Assembly: GCA_040954595.2 (NCBI GenBank)
Contig: CM082586.2
Location: forward strand, 9,765,337-9,829,336
Reading direction: 5' to 3'
DNA: 64,000 bases
Source of the DNA: Balanoglossus misakiensis
Lineage: Eukaryota; Animalia; Hemichordata
Shown: in pieces, positions 55,786 to 64,000 of the stretch
How positions within the stretch are numbered: position 1 is the first letter of the stretch
Layout: every line of letters begins with the position of its first letter
The notes under the pieces: model-generated
Databases searched by the model: none
Seen by the model: only the letters and a program-made list of their open reading frames with translations
What the model was told of the DNA's origin: nothing
Position numbers and translations under genes: made by a program

Positions 55786-56799
55786 ATGGAAGGTGTGGTG
55801 GAAAACGAACAGAGGTTTTGTACGACCAACGATTGGATGGTGCTACATATGGACTTCCACAAGTCATTGCCGGTTCCTAAACTCAGCTCTGAAGACTTTT
55901 ACTTTAAATCGAAATTGCAAATGAAGCTCCTTGGAATTTACAACGGGACAACGGAAAAGATGCATTGTTATGTATGGACAGAGCTCGATAGCAGAAAGTC
56001 TCCCGATGAAGTTATTACCTGTCTAAATCACTTTTTTTATAACTCGGGTGTGACCAGCAGACATGCAGTTATTTACAGCGACAACTGCCGTGCCGAATTC
56101 AAGTGTGGGAAGTTAATGTTTTACTATGACTATCTGTTACGAAAGGGCGTGTTTCGACGAATTGACTATAAAACTCTTGTGGCTGGACACACGTACTCCA
56201 CCTGTGACCGAGTTTTTGCGTCCATTGAAAGGCATGCAAGTCGTTTCCAGAGTATAGAGACACCTCACGATTGGACATCTGTGATTCGAGGATCTTCTCT
56301 GAATGGGAACATTGGAGTTACGGAGATGACTCACAGAGACTTTTTCAATTATTCTGATTTCCTGAAAAATGAGTACGTTGTGCGTTATGCAGATACAAAC
56401 AATGTAACTTTTTACTACCAAGCCATGCACTATTTTAATTTTGGAGAAGGAGAAAGGCTTGATACCGACGGCAACCTCAGAACATTTAGTCATGCAGATA
56501 AAGTTTGGGTGAGAACATCTCTAGATCCAAGCGAGACCCCGATTGTAGTCGACTTTAGAAAGAAGAAGCAGAACCGGCGTTTACAAGATTGTACGCTGAA
56601 CAAACTTTATCAGGAACGTCGACCACTGGCGAGCAAAGTTTGGCGGGATCTTCAGAGTTTAGCCAAAAATTACCTGTCTCCGGAGGCAATAGAATTTTAT
56701 AGGAATCTACCGCTTCAGGAGAGTAGTGGCACCTCTGCAGACCCGTACGCCTTTCATGATGATGACGACGACGATGATGATGATATGGGCGGTGGTTGA
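55786..56799 (+). CDS. Sola1-type transposase catalytic (RNase H-fold DDD) half, 337 aa
   Basis: AGCATGG start. LHMDFHKSLPVP..FYFKSKL, YVWTE...SPDEVITCL, YSDNC, GHTYSTCDRVFASIE: all three Asp present. Acidic tail. Confidence 0.85.
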   Translation: MEGVVENEQRFCTTNDWMVLHMDFHKSLPVPKLSSEDFYFKSKLQMKLLGIYNGTTEKMHCYVWTELDSRKSPDEVITCLNHFFYNSGVTSRHAVIYSDNCRAEFKCGKLMFYYDYLLRKGVFRRIDYKTLVAGHTYSTCDRVFASIERHASRFQSIETPHDWTSVIRGSSLNGNIGVTEMTHRDFFNYSDFLKNEYVVRYADTNNVTFYYQAMHYFNFGEGERLDTDGNLRTFSHADKVWVRTSLDPSETPIVVDFRKKKQNRRLQDCTLNKLYQERRPLASKVWRDLQSLAKNYLSPEAIEFYRNLPLQESSGTSADPYAFHDDDDDDDDDMGGG

Positions 56800-56960
56800 A
56801 CAAACTGTCCTTTTCATGACGACAGTGATTTTGGATATTTGATGTGCGTGCACAGTTTATATGTAATATTTTCACACGAACGAGTTTTGACTGAATTTGA
56901 TTAAAGAATGTACTCGATAATTAACAAATGTGCTGAATCGTGGTTATTATGTTGTTAATT

Positions 56961-56993
56961 TTTGTTTGTTTGTTTGTTTGTTTGTTTGTTTGT
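56961..56993. repeat. (TTTG)n microsatellite
   Basis: Direct reading. Confidence 0.9.
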
Positions 56994-57189
56994 AAACAAT
57001 TTCCGTTCATTCAACTGGCTACAAAGTTGGATTTTTGTACTGGGAAGCGATAAACTCGCACATCAAAACCGGGGAGACTCGATCATTTTTCCCTGCAGGT
57101 AGCCTGAAAAGCACCCGGGCAGAGATTACGTCATATATGGTCCACTTTAATACGAAATTATGCAAATGTGACATATCACGGAAACGGCG

Positions 57190-57199
57190 TATATAAAAG
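57190..57199 (+). promoter_or_regulatory. Candidate TATA box of the wHTH-SET gene
   Basis: TATATAAAAG ~90 bp upstream of AACATGG (ATG 57291). Confidence 0.5.
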
Positions 57200-57290
57200 C
57201 GACCCTGGGCTATTGTTCGGAATGCGTCATCGACGAGAGAGTGACTGATAATTCTTCTACCTCGAGTCAACCATTCTGTATATACTGAAC

Positions 57291-58616
57291 ATGGCTAGCT
57301 GGCGCAGGAAGAGACAAGGCAATGTGCGGTCTGTAATCAACGAACGGCACCGCTCAGTTCAGTGTCCCTTTCTTCAAAAGTGGATCGGTGAGCAATTGGT
57401 ATTTTCAGGTCGTTCAGAGGATGAAGTCCAGTCCAGTACTGTATTTGAGAGCTACAAATGTTGGGTTGAAAACTATTCGTCGGCGGACAATCAAGTAATG
57501 ATTATGGTTACTAAAGCTCGATTTTTCAAGGTGAGAATGATCGCATTTTTCTTCCCCCCCCCCTCCCTCCCCCAAGGGACTCGTTTTCTGTCTCTTTTAA
57601 ACCTGTAACTTAACGAAAAGGAAGTTTTTCACATATCTCTTTGTTGACACTATAGCAATTTGGAGCGCGGATGCTTCAAGAGAATAGCGTTACCAAATCA
57701 AAGTCGGCCGGGGTTAATATTTATAGAGGTGTTCGTCTGAAAGCTGGTTCGCGAAGAATCTCAACGGGGAAACCTGAGCACAGTGTACTTCAGACCAGGG
57801 CAAGGGCATTTCTTGATGACGCCAGCGTGACCGTTCCGATCGAGGTAAGAATGGTGTTTTGTTTGGACTAGGACAATAGAACGTTGCAATGAGTGTGTCA
57901 ATGGGTGTCCAAGTGCAAACGTGGTCGGCTTCTGTCCACAAATGCCATTAATTTTAGGCAGGATTTATAAAATTGTCAATGAAGAATACAAAAATGAAAA
58001 ACAATAGTTAATAGCAAACGGGTAGGATTGCAAGGGCTTGTAAAACGGTACACACTGTACCAGGAAGTTTGCAACACTAATGAAGAATGTATATGATATA
58101 TTTAGGTGAGAACTGTTCGCGATCGCCGGGACGCAGGACGGTGCGCGTTTTCGACGAGGGATCTTCAAGCCTGGAACGTCGTCTGCGAATACCGGGGCAC
58201 GGTTATTAGCGTTGAAGAAGCTAGTCGGCGTGATGAACTTTACAGGGCAGAGGGGAAACGACCACGCATGTTTCATCTCTACATTGGAAAGAGACACGTT
58301 GTGTGAGTGTATCACTTAGTCGAATATATGGTCATATATTGCAAAGCATCTGTCGAAATAGAAAACGTAATATTGTCTATATTTTCCTCATTAACGCAGC
58401 ATTGACGGATACGATGTCCCAGCCGGTGAAGAAAATTTAGCGGGCCTAATAAATCACAGTCAGCAGAACGCCAACTTGGTACCGGTTCGGATCGGAGAGC
58501 GCCTGGTTTTCTTTGCAACCAGGAATCTTTGTCAGGGAGTAGAGCTTTTGTATGATTACGGTGACGGGGGTGAAGAGGATTTCTTCAGTGGTTCTCAAAC
58601 TTTTCCTGAAAATTAA
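57291..58616 (+). CDS. Winged-helix (RFX/D5-C-terminal-like) + PR-Set7/SETD8-like SET-domain protein, 4 exons, 280 aa
   Basis: Exons 57291-57530, 57656-57844, 58106-58302 and 58400-58616, all GT-AG, total 843 nt in frame. SET motifs GRCAFSTR, VCEYRG, RDELY, IDG, GLINHS, FFATRNL..G.ELLYDYGD. Confidence 0.85.
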
Positions 58617-59518
58617 GGCATTAACACATCAACGCTTCGGGATGTCGTAACGGCGGCAAGGCGGGGGGGGGGGGCGTGAAAATGTTTGTATCAGGAACAA
58701 AATTCCCCTGCAAATCACCTTGATCCGGGTGGGTGGACTATTCGCGACAAATGTTGAAATCATACAAAGCATTTTACTTAATTAACCCATTTTTTTTTCA
58801 TTTATTTGTTTACAGTTTACAACGTCATAGAGAAGTTGAACTAGAGACTGGATCAGCGTGGGTGACACCATAGTACACCAATGTTTTCTTCCGTTTGAAT
58901 CAATTGTAATTTAAAACTGAGATTGCCTAACGCTTTCCCAGATTTTTTTAACCACTGAGAAACTGTGGGTTTTTTTCTGGGTTTTGGTGCGAGGTGATCT
59001 CAGTCAGTGGTGTTAATTTAATTAATCATTTTATTTTCCTATTTACGTCGACTGAAATGTATTTTGATAGGTGATAGTCATACCATAAAAAAATCTTACG
59101 GCGCGACTGCCAAAATGTACATTTATTTGTCCGTTCCAAGTTATTTTGTGTATGTGTGATGGGTGCCGGTGACTGTGCAGGGTTGATTTCCCTAGAGCGA
59201 CTGTTATATTCGTTTTCCAACGATGATGAATTTACATGTTATTTGCTTGGCATTTTGACGCAGAGACACTTCTGAAAACACAAACCTATTTATTATGCCA
59301 CGGGTGTAAATTGATCACATTAAAAGAGGCTTTAGACGTTTGCCGCGAGCTCCTGGTGGGCAGAATCTTGTCAGCCCAAATTTGACTATAAGTACATAGC
59401 CAATGATATGACGCTCTCCCACATCCTTCGCCGCGCCTTTTCGCTGATTTACAGCATCTTGCGTAAACACTGTCATTTGATCTTGCTTGGCAGAAGTCAA
59501 CTTGCTCTATACTACATT

Positions 59519-59884
59519 ATGGCGGCCAAGCTCAACTGCATATCAGATAATGCCAAGGAGCGTTTGAGAGGCATCCTCGCCAGAAGGAGTCGCGTTTCCG
59601 GTGACTGTGTGCTCTGGACGGGTGCAGCTTGTCGAAACGGCTATGGCTCTATTACGTTCAAAGATGAGAACACTCTAACCGCCTATGTCCATCACATTGC
59701 ACTCCTAATTAACGGAGTGCAATTGGTGGGCAGGCGGTTAGAGTGTTCTCATCTTTGCAACGAAAAGCTATGCATCCGCCCAGAGCACATTGTCCAGGAA
59801 ACGCGACTCCTAAACATTTCACGAAAGACGTGCTTTAAATCCCCAAAAGGGGAGTGTCACCACGATCCCAGGTGCCTAAGGTGA
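59519..59884 (+). CDS. Small His-Me finger (His-Cys box, I-PpoI-like) endonuclease, 121 aa
   Basis: CVLWTGA..RNGYG, YVHH, SHLCNEKLCIRPEHIVQETRLLNISRKTC, CHHDPRC. The His of SHLC and the downstream Asn are retained. A splice donor at 59881 could alter the last residues. Confidence 0.88.
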   Translation: MAAKLNCISDNAKERLRGILARRSRVSGDCVLWTGAACRNGYGSITFKDENTLTAYVHHIALLINGVQLVGRRLECSHLCNEKLCIRPEHIVQETRLLNISRKTCFKSPKGECHHDPRCLR

Positions 59885-60870
59885 GTAATCCTCTTCTCAT
59901 TTGATATGTATTGTGTGACCCTGCAGTTGAAACGCTTTCATCAATAATTTGCGGCGCGTGGGTAATCTCGGTGTTATTGACAATGCAGCCGGCCCAAACA
60001 TTTTTAAATTAACACTGTTTCTGACTGTATTAACGAAATGTCCAATTTGCAAGTAGCCTATAGACAACCCTTTTGAATGAGTTTTGTCTCGTTGAGATTT
60101 TATACATAAGGAACAATCTAGATTTATTTTAGAAGACACTGTTCTTTTAAAACAGCTAGCATAATACAGCTAAATTTCGGAATTTCCGGACAATTTTCGG
60201 AATTCCTTTTAAATTTGAGAAATTTTTCATCAGATATAAGTGTTACTATTTATTGGGCATGTTTTTATCATTGTTTACTTTTTAAGGTCATTCTCATCCC
60301 CCCCCCCCCCAAAAAAAAAAGCCGCTTTAGGCTTCATGTTCAGTAAAAAATCTGGAAAGTTCAGCTGAATTTTACACTGATCACACATTTTTGGGAAGGT
60401 CTGGCGCAAAATAAAGGATGACAAATGTAAATCTAATGTCACATTTGTAAACCTCTAAGTATTGTACACTCATTCTATTAAGTATATGCAAATAGTACGG
60501 ATAATTTTTTCGGAATGTGGAATTCCGAAATTAGTTCGGAACGTGTTAGCAGTGAAGAGATCACCACTGAGGGTTGGAAGGCCTTGCCAGAAATTAACGC
60601 GTAAAGTACGCCCTCACAGGCCATGTAAACAAGGTCAAATAAGGCCGTCTGGCAAACGAATGATTAATTCAACGCGCCATTTGAGCCGAGCTGAGTTGGT
60701 CTGAGTTGCGTATCACACAGACTTAGGCTGAATGTCAGTGGAGTAACCAGTCCGTTTTAGATTTACCAATGATGTGAATTTAATTTCTTCACCCAGAAAA
60801 ACAGAACACAACTTGTCTGCAACATGATGCTGGAGGTGACACATGACAGAGAAGTGGATCCGCGTTGTCA

Positions 60871-61200
60871 ACACAGATGCCAGCATTCAAAAGGGGAGTG
60901 CCACCTGCTAAAATCAACTCATCTGCTGTTGGCCCATTTTACCTGTGGCAACTGTTCAGAGGAGACAACGTTTATTCCGTGCAAGCCAACACGCAATGTT
61001 GGGGTCTACCTGTCAACACAGATGCAAGCATTCATGTGAGTGAGTATCAGGACTGACCTTGTATTTGCTGAATAATTCATAATGCCTATTTTAGAATTCT
61101 TAGAGGCATTTGGAGTTCATTGCCTGGTCAACCAAACTACACCCCTTAACAGCTGAAACAAAATGCGTATTGTGTTCATTCATTCATTGCATCAATATAT
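60871..61200 (+). repeat. Highly diverged module-A relic inside the element
   Basis: CACAGATGCCAGCATTCA, AACTCATCTGCTG, GCCTATTTTAGAATTCTTA and CATTCATTCATTGCATCAATATAT match module A. Confidence 0.75.
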
Positions 61201-61515
61201 ATAGGCAACATGAGTATCAAGTAGCACTATTTGTTTACGATTGTATTCATGAAAACTTCCCACTAACAATTCCACAGTTAATATTGAACACATTTATCCA
61301 ACAAGGTCAAAAGAAAAAGGGAATCTTCTGGTTCCAAAATACGCCACAAATGTGGGTCAACATACAGTGAAATATTATGGTGCTCAAATATGCAACATAT
61401 CAAATCTGTCTCATCAAAGTCATGCTTTAAAAAAGAATTGAAAAGGTATTATTTATCCATTTGACTGCTGTATTTTCAGAAGGAAAACAAACTGAATTTG
61501 GTTTTTCATGTACAA

Positions 61516-63117
61516 ATATTTTCTGTAAAATAGACATTTAATTGGCAAGCCGTCCTGCATCAATTATTAATTGTGTACATGCACTAAAGCGCCCTCACTG
61601 CTGGGTGTGTTGTATGGTCTTTAACCCTGTTTCAAATTAGAGTACTTTCTGCAATTTCAAGACAGATCTTACGTGCCATTGGAGAGCTCCATTGACTGGT
61701 CATTCATACTGTTTTCATTCATTCATTGCGGCATCAATATATTTTATCTATTCTAGCCAAAGAGCTTGGCACCTGTTGAAATGAACTCATCTGCTGTGGG
61801 CCAGTTTATTGGTGGCAGTTGAGCTGAGGAGAGCACCTTCCTTCCCGGCACGCCACCAAGTAAAGTTCCACGCCGCCCACCACAGATGCCAGCATTCATT
61901 CATGCGAGTGAGTGTAATTGCAAATTTGCCTATTCTAGATTCTTACGTGCCATTGGAGAGCTCCATTGACTGGTCATTCATACTGTTTTCATTCATTCAT
62001 TGCGGCATCAATATATTTTATCTATTCTAGCCAAAGAGCTTGGCACCTGTTGAAATGAACTCATCTGCTGTGGGCCAGTTTATTGGTGGCAGTTGAGCTG
62101 AGGAGAGCACCTTCCTTCCCGGCACGCCACCAAGTAAAGTTCCACGCCGCCCACCACAGATGCCAGCATTCATTCATGCGAGTGAGTGTAATTGCAAATT
62201 TGCCTATTCTAGATCTGTAATGGAAATGGAGAAAGTACCTTATATTTTCTGTAAAATAGACATTTAATTGGCAAGCCGTCCTGCATCAATTCTTAATTGT
62301 GTACATGCACTAAAGCGCCCTCACTGCTGGGTGTGTTGTATGGTCTTTAACCCTGTTTCAAATTAGAGTACTTTCTGCAATTTCAAGACAGATCTTACGT
62401 GCCATTGGAGAGCTCCATTGACTGGTCATTCATACTGTTTTCATTCATTCATTGCGGCATCAATATATTTTATCTATTCTAGCCAAAGAGCTTGGCACCT
62501 GTTGAAATGAACTCATCTGCTGTGGGCCAGTTTATTGGTGGCAGTTGAGCTGAGGAGAGCACCTTCCTTCCCGGCACGCCACCAAGTAAAGTTCCACGCC
62601 GCCCACCACAGATGCCAGCATTCATTCATGCGAGTGAGTGTAATTGCAAATTTGCCTATTCTAGATTCTTACGTGCCATTGGAGAGCTCCATTGACTGGT
62701 CATTCATACTGTTTTCATTCATTCATTGCGGCATCAATATATTTTATCTATTCTAGCCAAAGAGCTTGGCACCTGTTGAAATGAACTCATCTGCTGTGGG
62801 CCAGTTTATTGGTGGCAGTTGAGCTGAGGAGAGCACCTTCCTTCCCGGCACGCCACCAAGTAAAGTTCCACGCCGCCCACCACAGATGCCAGCATTCATT
62901 CATGCGAGTGAGTGTAATTGCAAATTTGCCTATTCTAGATCTGTAATGGAAATGGAGAAAGTACCTTATATTTTCTGTAAAATAGACATTTAATTGGCAA
63001 GCCGTCCTGCATCAATTATTAATTGTGTACATGCACTAAAGCGCCCTCACTGCTGGGTGTGTTGTATGGTCTTTAACCCTGTTTCAAATTAGAGTACTTT
63101 CTGCAATTTCAAGACAG
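61516..63117 (+). repeat. Right terminal array: partial B, A, A, B, A, A, B (same orientation as the left array)
   Basis: Complete B at ~62214 and at 62941-63117. The innermost B lacks its left TIR. B-less junctions at ~61940 and ~62665. Confidence 0.93.
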
Positions 63118-63286
63118 ATATACTTATATACTTATATACTTATATATTAGATGAAACACCGAAAAAGGTATCAACTAGTTAGTGATTTTAGCCCGTGATT
63201 GCAATGTTTGATTGAAACGCGAAAAGCTGATCGATAGCTCTACATTGTGGTCTCCGAGGTCAAAGGTTGGCCGGTCATGGCGATAC

Positions 63287-63475
63287 CATTATTAAAATAG
63301 GGGCCAGTCATCAAAACGTAAGTGAGCCAAAAAACTACAGGTCAGATAAATTGTTTTCTCGTAAATTCAACATTAGAATCAAATTTGGCGTTGGAAACAA
63401 ACGGCGGGTCGCCAGTTCCTGGTCTGGAGGCTGGTAGAGTCACGTCTTGAAGACTGGCCCCTATTTTAATAATGG
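63287..63475. mobile_element. Short inverted-repeat element (possible MITE)
   Basis: CCATTATTAAAATAGGGGCCAGTC is inverted as GACTGGCCCCTATTTTAATAATGG ~140 bp downstream. Confidence 0.5.
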
Positions 63476-64000
63476 CATTCCAGCATATGTCTCTATACCC
63501 GAATCGACAATTAACATTACAGGACAGCTGACGGATATAAAATTTATACTTTATAGAGAGGAACAAATTCAGACTTAAACATACTTTATATGTTTGTATT
63601 TTACAGCTGGGATACTTTTCTGTGCGTAAAGATAAACACTGGTCGCAATAAATGACGTCGAGTGGTTTCAGTTGAATTCCATTTGTGCGAGGCAGGTGTG
63701 GACAGCATGCAAAGCGGCGTTGTTATTGGCGCGGTTCCTTTAAAGTGTTTTACTCTGTCATTCAGCGAGTTTTCTGACCGCGTATGAAGTTCGGTGTCCA
63801 GTGGCGTTGACGGCGTGTCATTCAGAAATCTATGTTCAGTGTATTCAGTTCAAGACTGAAGTCAGCAAATGTTACAATTATTAGTTTGTTTGTGGAAGTT
63901 GGAAATGATGCAACAAGGATTCTTGAATGTATTCGAGATTTTAAAAAGAAGATGTAGTGCTCTAAAGGGCCATTGTGACGACAATATTTTGCCCAACAGC

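Larger units (their letters stand above)
45831..63117 (+). mobile_element. 17.3-kb composite Sola1-like DNA transposon with terminal direct tandem arrays
   Basis: Begins CTGTAATGGAAATGGAGAAAGTAC and ends GTACTTTCTGCAATTTCAAGACAG (19/24 inverted match). ATAT at 45827-45830 and 63118-63121, inside an ATATACTT-type microsatellite that continues on both flanks. Interior carries a Sola-type transposase. Confidence 0.8.

Noticed and set aside
59408-59518. N-terminal extension of the His-Me ORF
   Set aside because: Low-information upstream in-frame sequence; the ATGGCGGCC start at 59519 fits the domain boundary better.
46603-62756. Repeated 'MVAVELRRAPSF...' ORFs
   Set aside because: TTG-started readings of module A whose ends depend on the junction variant; no protein motif.
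45831-63117. LTR retrotransposon or canonical KolobokP
   Set aside because: No gag/RT/integrase, PBS or TG...CA ends. The transposase motifs and ATAT target are Sola1-like, not Kolobok (TTAA).

Overview
Repeat-dominated eukaryotic (animal, probably marine invertebrate) genomic DNA with spliceosomal introns and no recognisable host gene. From left to right: (1) a ~192-bp satellite with several higher-order repeats (1-~11,757); (2) a 10.9-kb Kolobok DNA transposon (16,012-26,911, TTAA TSD) with a defective transposase, a convergent P2X7-ballast-like (KolX) gene and nested insertions, including an RTE/RTEX-like LINE with a ~190-bp TSD; (3) a decayed, partly duplicated P-element-type transposase whose long intron appears to hold an antisense PIF1 helicase-PHD finger gene (~29.5-40.5 kb); (4) several MITEs. 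The standout is a 17.3-kb composite element (45,831-63,117) flanked by ATAT. Its ends are same-orientation tandem arrays built from a 177-bp module with its own terminal inverted repeats, and some array positions lack the module and carry what look like excision footprints. Its interior encodes a Sola1-type DDD transposase split into two intact head-to-head genes, a 4-exon winged-helix + PR-Set7/SETD8-like SET gene, and a His-Me finger (His-Cys box) endonuclease. All family assignments come from motif recognition by eye, not database searches.
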